This document shows positions 1-8,416 of a stretch of 28,286 nucleotides of DNA, one piece after another (the first letter of the stretch is position 1; every line of letters starts with the position of its first letter). This DNA is from a virus (Duplodnaviria; Caudoviricetes), in the IMG/VR virus record IMGVR_UViG_3300037044_000003, positions 1-28,286 of that record; one strand, 5' to 3'. The translations under genes and the position numbers were made by a program. Under the pieces are notes generated by a model. The model saw only the letters and a list, made by a program, of their open reading frames with translations. It had not been told where the DNA came from and did not search any database.

Positions 1-173
1 GCAAAGTACTTGAAGAAGTCACTTTCAAATGGATCGTCGCAATTACACAATACTGTTTTCCCTCGAAAAAAATCTTTATAGTATCGCATTTCCTTTTCTA
101 TATCAGCTAATTGAGTATAAAATTCATCGTTTTTTTCGGTTTTTGCTTTGCCTAATGCTCTTTCGCTGGCCAT
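1..173 (-). CDS. EcoRI-family adenine-specific DNA methyltransferase, N-terminal part (runs off the left edge)
   Basis: Not in the ORF track. Hand translation from ATG 173: MASERALGKAKTEKNDEFYTQLADIEKEMRYYKDFFRGKTVLCNCDDPFESDFFKYF. KNDEFYT and CNCDDP are hallmark N-terminal motifs of the EcoRI_methylase family. Purine-rich RBS (AGAGGGGGG) upstream. Confidence 0.85.
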   Translation of the reverse strand, partial: MASERALGKAKTEKNDEFYTQLADIEKEMRYYKDFFRGKTVLCNCDDPFESDFFKYF

Positions 174-251
174 GAATCTAACCCCCCTCTTTCTTCGTTA
201 AGCCCTGTGATACAAATTCAGAAATGTAGCACCAACTCCCAAATACCCCAG

Positions 252-398
252 TCAATGTAAACCTAATAGAACCTCCGATTCTTGAAATTGTTCGCCATTA
301 TGCTCAATGAAAACTAGATCAAATACCAATTCGTAACAATTATTGAGCCTTGCATTTGTAATAAGCTCAATCATACAATGAAATAAAAATTTATCCAT
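252..398 (-). CDS. Small hypothetical protein (48 aa)
   Basis: Hand translation MDKFLFHCMIELITNARLNNCYELVFDLVFIEHNGEQFQESEVLLGLH; AAGGTGG RBS-like sequence upstream; no recognisable motif. Confidence 0.3.
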   Translation of the reverse strand: MDKFLFHCMIELITNARLNNCYELVFDLVFIEHNGEQFQESEVLLGLH

Positions 399-621
399 TT
401 CACTCACCACCTTACTAAACAATATGCTTCCTATAGAAAATATCCTTAGAATATTTTAATTAAATCTTGAACGCTATATCTATGTATGTTTATTTGGTGT
501 TACTCAAAACTGGTCGAATTCCGTTCTTGTGCAAGCAATTATAAGACAACGGATTATTATCCTCTCAAATTATGTCACAAGTATATTAACATACTTTTTT
601 TCATAGACATAGATATTTATA

Positions 622-646
622 CAGTAAAGCCGCTTTTCAAAGCGGC
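622..646 (-). terminator. Rho-independent terminator ending the late/lysis operon
   Basis: - strand reads GCCGCTT-TGAA-AAGCGGC followed by TTTACTG, starting 5 nt after the stop of 652..939. Confidence 0.75.
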
Positions 647-651
647 CTACC

Positions 652-939
652 TTATAGCATATATTTTCTTTCAATCGGCTTAACAATTGCCTCAAATGCA
701 CCTATTGAACCTAACAGTACTACAATCACATTAAATAAAGCTAACACAAGACCTTCCGGTGTAAAGTCTTTGTAGAACAACAGCTGCACCGCAAATGTCA
801 CCAGAATTGCTGCTATCAGCGCAATGTACTTCGGACTAACCTTTGAAAGATAATACTTAATCACTTCGGTTACTGCGGTAACGAATGCAACGCTACCTGC
901 AAATGTGGCAAGAAACTCCCATGTAAAGAATTCACTCAT
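652..939 (-). CDS. Holin-like membrane protein
   Basis: 95 aa, three hydrophobic segments, charged C-terminus, located in the lysis cassette. Confidence 0.7.
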   Translation of the reverse strand: MSEFFTWEFLATFAGSVAFVTAVTEVIKYYLSKVSPKYIALIAAILVTFAVQLLFYKDFTPEGLVLALFNVIVVLLGSIGAFEAIVKPIERKYML

Positions 940-944
940 TTAAT

Positions 945-1292
945 TTATTCCCCTTTCATCCTTACGGATATATCGTGAACTGGTAGATCCTCAATTTCTT
1001 CCATTAACCTTGGAACCGTACCATTACCACCTAAATTTTGATATTGTTTATACAAATTATTAATATTATCACGCTCATGAATCGGCACGAATCCTCTCTC
1101 CATGTAGTAGTTGTATGACTTGATGATCTCATTTCTCAATAATGCTTGAACACCATTTTCGGTCGCATTCCATCTTTTAGTGGATAGTTCCAGTTTATTT
1201 TTCAATTTAAAAACCACCCATGTTAGAAATCCAGACAATCCTGTCAGAAGAAAATGCAACCAGTATTCAAGAAATATTTTCCCTACATCCAT
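945..1292 (-). CDS. Lysis-module membrane protein (holin-like)
   Basis: One N-terminal TM segment, then GVQALLRNEII...Y..LGGNG pattern typical of Firmicutes phage lysis-cassette proteins; adjacent to the endolysin. Confidence 0.6.
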   Translation of the reverse strand: MDVGKIFLEYWLHFLLTGLSGFLTWVVFKLKNKLELSTKRWNATENGVQALLRNEIIKSYNYYMERGFVPIHERDNINNLYKQYQNLGGNGTVPRLMEEIEDLPVHDISVRMKGE

Positions 1293-1309
1293 TTTGTTAT
1301 ACCACCTGT

Positions 1310-2041
1310 CTATTTAATGCCTTTGATCCACTTAAGCGCAAATTTACTACCATACTTTACTCCAACCTCTTTACCTATTGATTTTGCAATTTTCGCAGCT
1401 TCGATTTCAGCATCAGCAAGTGTTTTGAATGCACCGGTTTGAACAAAGAAGAAGTCATCGACAGGGATCATTGGTTTTAACGTTACACCTAACATTTCAA
1501 CGATGGATTTACTCATGGTTTCAGCAATCAATTGGATGTTGTTCAGTATCCATTCACTTCCTGCCTTTGTGTCATGGAACTCGATTTCGACCAGGTTTGC
1601 CGGAACTTTAGTGTTTCGAAGCTCATTGTTCCAATCTCGACCATCCAATAAAGTTTTGAACTTAATTCCACGATCACCAACCTTCGTCATTAGTGGAGTG
1701 ATTGCCGATAATTCGGTGTTCACTTTATTTGCATATGATTTCGATTTTGTTTTAACATCAGCCGACTTGTCTACTCCAACTTGATAAAAAACCTCACAGC
1801 CAACACCGCCACCAGCGTTTGAATGTATAGCAAAATAATAATCAACTTGCTCACGATTTGCTTCAGTTGCCCTGCTTACTAAATCTTGATCTTTACCGCC
1901 ACGCAACACTTGTACATCATACTTTGACAAGAATGATACCATTGCATCAACGATCCAATTCATCACCAATTCCTCGGTATGCTTTCTGTCATAATAAATG
2001 TTTGCTGGTTGTTTTGAAGGACTTAAATATACTTTTTTCAT
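1310..2041 (-). CDS. Endolysin: N-acetylmuramoyl-L-alanine amidase (Amidase_3) with C-terminal SPOR-like domain
   Basis: R...AN, AIHSNAGG..G.E and PANLVEIEFHD amidase motifs; C-terminal FVQTGAFK...AE SPOR-like signature. Confidence 0.85.
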   Translation of the reverse strand: MKKVYLSPSKQPANIYYDRKHTEELVMNWIVDAMVSFLSKYDVQVLRGGKDQDLVSRATEANREQVDYYFAIHSNAGGGVGCEVFYQVGVDKSADVKTKSKSYANKVNTELSAITPLMTKVGDRGIKFKTLLDGRDWNNELRNTKVPANLVEIEFHDTKAGSEWILNNIQLIAETMSKSIVEMLGVTLKPMIPVDDFFFVQTGAFKTLADAEIEAAKIAKSIGKEVGVKYGSKFALKWIKGIK

Positions 2042-2060
2042 AACAGTACCTCATTTCTTT

Positions 2061-2696
2061 TTATGTATTGCTTTCTACCCATGCTGATCCATTCCATACT
2101 TTGACTGGTTTTTCAACCCATGCGGATCCATTCCATACTTTGACCGGCTTTGCCAATTGCGCCGCGCCTGTCCACACTTTGATCTGTCCGCCTGTTTTGT
2201 AGGTAACTTCTACCCACAATGCTTCGCTTGTCAATGATCCGCTTACAGCGCTAAAGCTGCCAGGTGACGAACGTGATACATTTTGATAGTCGGTTGTATA
2301 TCCGGTTGCACCATCTCTTAATCCGAAGTATAGTTCACGATTGCTTTCATTGCTTTGTTTAGCACAACCGATCCATAGTGCTTTTCCGGCTGCAATCTTT
2401 GTTTCTGGTAGATCGAATGTGAACGTTTGAAGTGACGAATAGGATCCGGAGAAAGTGTTTGTCGGTGTCTGTGATGCTGCTGCTACTGCTATGATATTGC
2501 CTGTATCTCTATCCCAAATCGCACCCCAGGCGATTGGTGTCGCACCGCTATCAAGTCTTGCAAGCTTTAGTGCAATTTTCAACACTGTACCATCTTCCGG
2601 CATTACAGCTCGCAAGCCTACGTTGGCATAATTTGGTACTCCACCCCATCGCGCATAGTTTACAGTGTTCACATATCCGAATGTTTTTTCAGCCAT
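2061..2696 (-). CDS. Tail tip / putative receptor-binding protein with C-terminal KVWNGSAW repeats
   Basis: Last tail-module gene before lysis; beta-rich sequence; three 13-aa C-terminal repeats. Confidence 0.6.
   Translation of the reverse strand: MAEKTFGYVNTVNYARWGGVPNYANVGLRAVMPEDGTVLKIALKLARLDSGATPIAWGAIWDRDTGNIIAVAAASQTPTNTFSGSYSSLQTFTFDLPETKIAAGKALWIGCAKQSNESNRELYFGLRDGATGYTTDYQNVSRSSPGSFSAVSGSLTSEALWVEVTYKTGGQIKVWTGAAQLAKPVKVWNGSAWVEKPVKVWNGSAWVESNT
2073..2189 (-). repeat. 3 x 39-bp tandem repeat (GQIKVWTGAAQLA / KPVKVWNGSAWVE / KPVKVWNGSAWVE)
   Basis: Two units identical in protein and near-identical in DNA (2073-2111, 2112-2150), plus one degenerate unit (2151-2189). Confidence 0.85.
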
Positions 2697-2709
2697 TGTT
2701 CATCACCAC

Positions 2710-3795
2710 CTAGTTGGTATCAACCCATAAGTCGTTGACCGCTGGCGATACTGGCGCTGATGATCCTACAGTGAGTTTCCTTCCGTCTATTTTAAGCGAG
2801 TCTGCTGCTTGTGCTGCGGTTCCAAGTTTGTTGTTGAGCTGTGTTTGGATGGCTTGTGTGACTCCAGATAAATGACCAAGCTCGGAACTTGTTACTGCTG
2901 ATACTGCTACTTTGCCACTGGCATCCGATAGCAGCGCTCGGTTGGCGATTAGGTTGCTGGATAAGATTGTAGATGCTGCACCGCCGATCGTGGCTTGCTT
3001 TGCGTTGAGTTGTGTCTGTATGGCTTGTGTTACTCCAGATAAATAACCAAGTTCGATATCCGTCACAGATGATACCGCTACTTTGCCGCTTGCGTTTGAC
3101 AGCAGCGCTCGGTTGGCGGTTAGGTTGCTAGATACGATTGTAGATGCTGCGCCGCCGATCGTGGCTTGTTTTGCGTTCAGCTGTGTCTGAAGGTTGGATG
3201 ATACACCGGCCAGGTGTCCGAGTTCTGTGTTGGTTATCGCGCTTACGTCTAGTTCACCATCAGCATTCGATACAAGCACTTTACTTGATGATAAATATGG
3301 CAGGTTCGTGATGGTCGAAGATACGAAACCACACACAGCGGAATCAGACCGAGTGTCGCTAATCATGCCGGATGTTATCGTGCTTGTTCCAGCATTGATT
3401 GTTATCGTTGCTAGCGCCAGCTCGAACATATTTGCGTCACGTGTCACCGCCGGTGCGACCGGTGATGAAGCTGCGGTACCAGCTTTTCGTACAATGGTCA
3501 TTTCTCGGTTAGCATAATGTAACCGAACTACGATTCGATCGATGCGATTCAGTACTGCTTCCGTAGGTATAGCTTCGGTGTAATCTGCATCGCTGACCAA
3601 AATGTAACCGTTGATCCATGCTTTTCCGGCCTTAATCTTCACATTCATTCCGGTGGCAACCTGAACCTGCAGGCTGGTAGTTGGATCTGGGAACACCCCT
3701 GTTCCGATAAATGCTGCAAAGTATTCCGCGAACTTCGATGCATCGTATAGGCGATCACCTCCGATGCTGTTAAAGAATCCACTTCTAATTGCCAT
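2710..3795 (-). CDS. Baseplate-attached tail fibre protein with 57-aa repeats
   Basis: N-terminal SGFFNS..GDR.Y / AGKAWINGY / RIDRIVVRL / ELALA..I...DTR..CG pattern typical of the Firmicutes siphophage gene following Gp37-like Tal; three internal repeats. Confidence 0.75.
   Translation of the reverse strand: MAIRSGFFNSIGGDRLYDASKFAEYFAAFIGTGVFPDPTTSLQVQVATGMNVKIKAGKAWINGYILVSDADYTEAIPTEAVLNRIDRIVVRLHYANREMTIVRKAGTAASSPVAPAVTRDANMFELALATITINAGTSTITSGMISDTRSDSAVCGFVSSTITNLPYLSSSKVLVSNADGELDVSAITNTELGHLAGVSSNLQTQLNAKQATIGGAASTIVSSNLTANRALLSNASGKVAVSSVTDIELGYLSGVTQAIQTQLNAKQATIGGAASTILSSNLIANRALLSDASGKVAVSAVTSSELGHLSGVTQAIQTQLNNKLGTAAQAADSLKIDGRKLTVGSSAPVSPAVNDLWVDTN
2827..3294 (-). repeat. About 2.7 x 171-bp (57-aa) tandem repeat within the tail fibre gene
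   Basis: Unit like LTANRALLSNASGKVAVSSVTDIELGYLSGVTQAIQTQLNAKQATIGGAASTILSSN; GCAGCGCTCGGTTGGCG recurs at 2931 and 3102 (171 bp apart). Confidence 0.9.
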
Positions 3796-3811
3796 AGTTG
3801 ATCACTCCCTT

Positions 3812-5605
3812 CTAGGCAGTTCTTTTCCACATATACACGGTGATATATGGCTGTAAGTTGTTATGCGCTGCGCCGCCACCTGTATTTTGGTTGGTCGCAG
3901 TTGTTGCTTGGTTGGTTGCCGTTGTTGCTTGGTTGGTTGCCGTTGTGTTTTCGTTCCAAGTATTAAGTGCTTTGTAGTTACCTGCAGTGGAATCTGGTAT
4001 ATCTCTAGCTGTTCCAGATCCGCCATTCAACCTGAATTGTGCTCTATGACTGTGTGGATCCTGAACGTGATTATGTGCATTTTGTGTGTGGTTGTGGCTG
4101 TTTTGAACGTGTGTATGCGATGGCATTTCACTTTCAATCAACACATGCGTTTTGGCACCACCAGTTTTTTCAGCTGCATTGAATTCTGTTTGTCCGACAT
4201 CAAATCCGACCAGAGTTCGACCAGCACCGAAGGCCGACCAAGTTCCACCGAAGAGTGTTGCCGGTGATGTATTGACCACCGACATATAAATAGAACCGAC
4301 CGGATATACTTTGTTTAAGAAATCAGTAATTTGAGAAGCTGTGTGCGTGTGCGATGCTGCTGCTTTTCCGTTAAGTTGCGCTTGTACGTTACCGGTCACT
4401 CCGGTGAGATGTTCCAACTCGGTTGTTGTAACGCTGCTTGCTGCCATTTTTCCTGTGGAGTCAGATACCAGCGCTTTATTTGCTGTAACTACGATTTCAC
4501 TTCCACCACTTCCGGATCCGGATGTATCTTCTCTGCCGGATAATGCATCAGCCAGCGTTGGTGTCGCTTGGCCAAAAATTGGTATCAGCGTTCTTGCGCC
4601 ATATTCATCATACACTTCGGTTATTTCAGTGATCTGGACATCGATGCGCTTATTCCACTTCACATTTTCGATAGTCACAATATCACCGAGATCATAGTCT
4701 GTTTTGTATATCAGATTTCCTTCCGGCAACACGCTGCCTTCAAAGTATTCGATCGATGGCAATAAAGACTCAGCACCTTTTTGTGCTAGCATTGCGTAGT
4801 AGTCCGGCTCTGTGATACCATCTTCCATTCGTACTTCTTTGGCATTGACAAACACTTCATAGCGATCGGCACCGCTGCCGGTACCGACTACCACCATTTT
4901 CCGATCGGTTCCTTCACCTTCACCACCAACCAGAGCAACGTTGGATATTTCCATGTCGCTGGTTTGATAAAGGGATGTAAGTAGGTTATCGTAGTCATTG
5001 CTGAAGATAGCTCTAGAGTTGACGGATTGACCGGCTGATCGGTCGAGTGCTTTGTAGGTTTCAAAATAAAACTTTTGCAATGCCGGATCAAAGCGCAGGC
5101 GGTATCCGATGCCGCTGGTTTCTGCTAGTCCGGTCAATGTGCTTAATAGGTTACGATAGGATACTTGAAATTGTACTGTTTCTGCAAAGCTGTTCAATGT
5201 TCCTAGCTCGATGTTTGAAATCGCGCGAGCGGCTATGTCCGGATTGATCACGTTATCATAGACCAGCGATCGCATGGCATTTTCCACCGTATCGCTGATG
5301 ATCGTTGTTTCGAACACAATTCTTCTTGCCAGGATGGATGATCCGAAGCGGCCGGTTGCTTTGATGAATTCACCTTCTTCGGTTTGCTCGATGGTCACAT
5401 TTTCAATGATCCCAAACTCGACCGAATCTGGTTTCGCAACGAGGTACTGCTTCTGGATCAGATACAGCGCTATTTCCGTAGCTGCGGTATGGATTTCAAA
5501 TTCACCAGGCGCATAATACCGGCGGTTCCAGATCACTGCATTGGCTGTGTCAAAGACACCCATCAGGTCTAGTTCTTTGTTGTAGATGTAAAGTTCCATG
5601 ATCAC
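3812..5605 (-). CDS. Tal-like hub (siphovirus ReqiPepy6 Gp37-like) fused to a C-terminal fibre/needle domain
   Basis: WNRRYY.PGEFE, GGEGEG.DR, R.E.FV and DY.LGDIVT motifs, then a GS linker, YPVGSIYMS...GG.KTH.L...HxH repeats...HNNLQPYITVYMWKRTA (T4 gp10/gp12 C-terminal-like). Confidence 0.8.
   Translation of the reverse strand: MIMELYIYNKELDLMGVFDTANAVIWNRRYYAPGEFEIHTAATEIALYLIQKQYLVAKPDSVEFGIIENVTIEQTEEGEFIKATGRFGSSILARRIVFETTIISDTVENAMRSLVYDNVINPDIAARAISNIELGTLNSFAETVQFQVSYRNLLSTLTGLAETSGIGYRLRFDPALQKFYFETYKALDRSAGQSVNSRAIFSNDYDNLLTSLYQTSDMEISNVALVGGEGEGTDRKMVVVGTGSGADRYEVFVNAKEVRMEDGITEPDYYAMLAQKGAESLLPSIEYFEGSVLPEGNLIYKTDYDLGDIVTIENVKWNKRIDVQITEITEVYDEYGARTLIPIFGQATPTLADALSGREDTSGSGSGGSEIVVTANKALVSDSTGKMAASSVTTTELEHLTGVTGNVQAQLNGKAAASHTHTASQITDFLNKVYPVGSIYMSVVNTSPATLFGGTWSAFGAGRTLVGFDVGQTEFNAAEKTGGAKTHVLIESEMPSHTHVQNSHNHTQNAHNHVQDPHSHRAQFRLNGGSGTARDIPDSTAGNYKALNTWNENTTATNQATTATNQATTATNQNTGGGAAHNNLQPYITVYMWKRTA
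3887..3949 (-). repeat. 3 x 21-bp tandem repeat encoding (xTTATNQ)3
   Basis: TTGGTTGGTYGCMGTTGT units at 3887, 3908 and 3929. Confidence 0.9.
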
Positions 5606-6450
5606 ACCCCACTATACTTGGTTCGATATTGCACTTCGATCAGCAATGCGGTGGATCCGCTGGTTGCGCTGCCATAGAAAACGTTATCACCTTCATGCAG
5701 CTGCAGGAAGGTTGATCCAATGACCAGGCTGTTAAATTGATTAGTAATGACTCCGCCACGATTGCGTTCAATGCGTTTCTGGCCGACTTCCGTATTGATC
5801 GTGATTTGATCACCGGTCTCCATCGTTGTGTTTAACTCAATGAATTCTAGCGTTTGTGTGTTCAATAATTTCGGATTGACCACTGCACCTGTGGCTCTGA
5901 ATCGGATAATCATTCCGACCGGAATATCACCATGATTAATGACATTGACCTCTTGGAATGTTTGCAACGTACCCAGCTCGATTCCGCCGGATACGAGTTC
6001 AAGAGGAAACTCCAGATGTGAGTCGATGGATGTAATATCTGCGATGATCTCATCCAACGCTTCAAAGTATGGCTTGTTGCATACCAGTGATATCATGGCC
6101 ACTACCGGCCAGCTCATTGGTACAACTTCAACAGCTTCAACGTAGCCTTCGATCCTGGCTTCAATGATGTCGCTGCGATAGTAGAATGTGCCTTTGCGCT
6201 TGATTTTAAAAACCTCATATAAATTCAAGCGGCTTTCCTCTGCATCACCGAGTAGCTGCAACGTGATCACAATGTTTCGTTGATTGACTACGGATCCGAT
6301 GAACGTTGTACCATCGAAGTTGGCAATGCGGTTGGTTTGTATAATAGCGGTTGGCGGATTTAGACCAGTGATATTGAGAAGAGCGTAGTTGTCCTGATCA
6401 CTGATGACCAGTGATTGACCACGCTCGTTTGTGTATCTTATCTCTCTCAT
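5602..6450 (-). CDS. Distal tail protein (Dit, Sipho_tail family)
   Basis: Directly after the tape measure gene; YTNERG.S, R.I.I, PYF, N.GD.P.G..I, L..GDN motifs; ATGA overlaps with both neighbours. Confidence 0.85.
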   Translation of the reverse strand: MREIRYTNERGQSLVISDQDNYALLNITGLNPPTAIIQTNRIANFDGTTFIGSVVNQRNIVITLQLLGDAEESRLNLYEVFKIKRKGTFYYRSDIIEARIEGYVEAVEVVPMSWPVVAMISLVCNKPYFEALDEIIADITSIDSHLEFPLELVSGGIELGTLQTFQEVNVINHGDIPVGMIIRFRATGAVVNPKLLNTQTLEFIELNTTMETGDQITINTEVGQKRIERNRGGVITNQFNSLVIGSTFLQLHEGDNVFYGSATSGSTALLIEVQYRTKYSGV

Positions 6451-8399
6451 TTTGTCACCCCTAATGCCAACAGCTGGCTTGCGTTTTTAGTCTGCCGATA
6501 GACCTCGTAAGGTGTCAGCGGTTTAGGCGAGTATATATTCTGTGTAAAATTGACATTTGAACCACTTGCAAGTGCGTCAGAACCATTTATCGAGTTAACT
6601 CCAATATTAGTTCCTATGTTTGTTGGAATAGCGCCCTGTATTTGATTTCTTACGTCTTTCATTTCGCTTGCAAATCCATTACCTAAACCAAGCGCCATGT
6701 TTTCGCCGATGCCGGCAAACACTTTTGAAGGTGATTTGATACCTAGAAAATCTTTGACATTATCTACAATGCCGCCAAAAAAGCCGCCAATCTTATCACC
6801 GATCCAATTGGCCATGCCAGTGATTCCATCCCATACACCTTCTACGATCCACTTGCCAATGTCTTTGAAAAAATCACCCACTTTGCCAAGCGTTTCCGGT
6901 ATTGTTTTGGTGAAAAACTTACCGATGTTGTCACCGACTTCTTTTATTTTCGCCCAGACATCATTCCATATTTTGATGACTTTATTTCGGAATTCTTCGT
7001 TGGTTGCCATCATAGTGACAAACCATCCGACCAGCGCTGCAATCAAAGTGATGATCAGGCCGATTGGATTTGCGGCCATGACAATGTTCAAAAGTTTTTG
7101 AGCGATTGTCATTCCTTCGGTTGCGACAGTCCATGCTTTCACAGCGCCAATTAAACCCTGAACCATTGTTACCACGTTCCAAGCTAGCAAGCCGGCGGTT
7201 ATACCACCAATCAAACCAATCATGTTTGGCGAATTTTCAATAATAAAATCAATGAACCCTTTGATACCTTCAATGATCGCTGGCATGTTTTCTTTGAGTG
7301 AATTTACCAGGTCATTGATGTATGGCATTAATTCTGCCAATGCTTGCCGAGAAAGTCCTTCAGTTGATGCTTTTAAGATGTTCATGTTGTCATCGAATTG
7401 TCCGAGTGCAGTTACTGCATCATCACCGACCACTGCACCGACTTGGTGAGCTTCTTGCGCGAGTCGATTCAATTCATCGGATCCGGCTTTTATCAGCGGA
7501 TTGAGTTCCGTTGCAGATTTACCGAACAGCGTCATGGCTAGTGCATCACGATCGGTTTCGTTTTTCATTTGTCCGAGTGCATCGATGACTTCATAGAATA
7601 CGTCTTTGTTGTTGCGCAGCGTTCCATCTGCATTGGTAATCTCGACACCAAGTGCTTTGTACGCTTTCGCTTGATCGTTTAGCTTGTCACCGCCTTTGGC
7701 TGTGCTTTCCCTGGCTTGATCCATTGTTCTTGTCAGCTTATTCATGGATCCGGCCATTGTTTCAACAGATACATCCACAAAGCGAGCTGCATAATCGAGT
7801 TCCTGAAGCTGCTGAACGGATATTCCGGTTTTGTTGGACATAGTGATCAGGTCATCCGCAAACTGTCCGGCATCGCTTGCTAGCTTCAGGATGGCTGCAC
7901 CGGCTGCGGCTGCGGCTGCGGTAACTGCGACAAGCGCCTTCTTTGCAAAGTCATTGACCTTTCCTGTCAGTTCTTCGGTTTTCTTCTTCAGCTCGTCTTG
8001 TTGCTTTCCAGTGTCGACCGTTTCTTTCCCAAAGTTATCCAACGCAATAGTGGTTTCATCCAGCTCACGCTTGCTCTTGTTAAGTGCAGCGGTTTCGTTG
8101 TTGATTTTAATTTCCAGATCTTGAGCGGCTTTAGAGCTCTCACCTTTTTCCGCTGCCACACGCTTATATTCTTCACTGAGCGCATTTACTTTTTGTTGCT
8201 GAACATCTACGATCGTGTTCAATGCTTTTGCTCGAGCAGTTAAACCATCCGCATTTTTAGACCATTCACCCATGCCGGCTGCGGCTGCTTTAAACTCGGT
8301 ATCTGCAATACGAATCAGCCGATTTGCTTCAGATACTCCAGCTTTAAGATCGGTTACATCGAGTGTCCATTTTCCGCCGATTACATCATTACCTGCCAT
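6447..8399 (-). CDS. Tail tape measure protein
   Basis: 650 aa, Ala-rich coiled coil, ANPIG.II..IAALV, periodic W/F, FLGIKSPSKVF motif; follows the chaperone genes. Confidence 0.92.
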   Translation of the reverse strand: MAGNDVIGGKWTLDVTDLKAGVSEANRLIRIADTEFKAAAAGMGEWSKNADGLTARAKALNTIVDVQQQKVNALSEEYKRVAAEKGESSKAAQDLEIKINNETAALNKSKRELDETTIALDNFGKETVDTGKQQDELKKKTEELTGKVNDFAKKALVAVTAAAAAAGAAILKLASDAGQFADDLITMSNKTGISVQQLQELDYAARFVDVSVETMAGSMNKLTRTMDQARESTAKGGDKLNDQAKAYKALGVEITNADGTLRNNKDVFYEVIDALGQMKNETDRDALAMTLFGKSATELNPLIKAGSDELNRLAQEAHQVGAVVGDDAVTALGQFDDNMNILKASTEGLSRQALAELMPYINDLVNSLKENMPAIIEGIKGFIDFIIENSPNMIGLIGGITAGLLAWNVVTMVQGLIGAVKAWTVATEGMTIAQKLLNIVMAANPIGLIITLIAALVGWFVTMMATNEEFRNKVIKIWNDVWAKIKEVGDNIGKFFTKTIPETLGKVGDFFKDIGKWIVEGVWDGITGMANWIGDKIGGFFGGIVDNVKDFLGIKSPSKVFAGIGENMALGLGNGFASEMKDVRNQIQGAIPTNIGTNIGVNSINGSDALASGSNVNFTQNIYSPKPLTPYEVYRQTKNASQLLALGVTK

Positions 8400-8416
8400 T
8401 TGTTACCACCTGCCTT

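Noticed and set aside
516-521. GAATTC upstream of the EcoRI-family MTase as an autoregulatory site, or EcoRI-site avoidance
   Set aside because: About a dozen GAATTC sites are scattered across the window, so the site is neither avoided nor special; family membership does not fix specificity.
486-683. 65-aa + strand ORF
   Set aside because: No RBS or motif; spans the terminator and runs antisense into the holin gene.
2073-3949. Tandem repeats as a CRISPR array or DGR template/variable repeats
   Set aside because: All are in-frame coding repeats without unique spacers; no reverse transcriptase or adenine-specific mismatch pattern.
3802-4026. 74-aa alternative-frame ORF with QRQPTKQ repeats
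   Set aside because: Shadow of the 21-bp repeat inside the Tal-fibre gene; no RBS or slippery site noticed.
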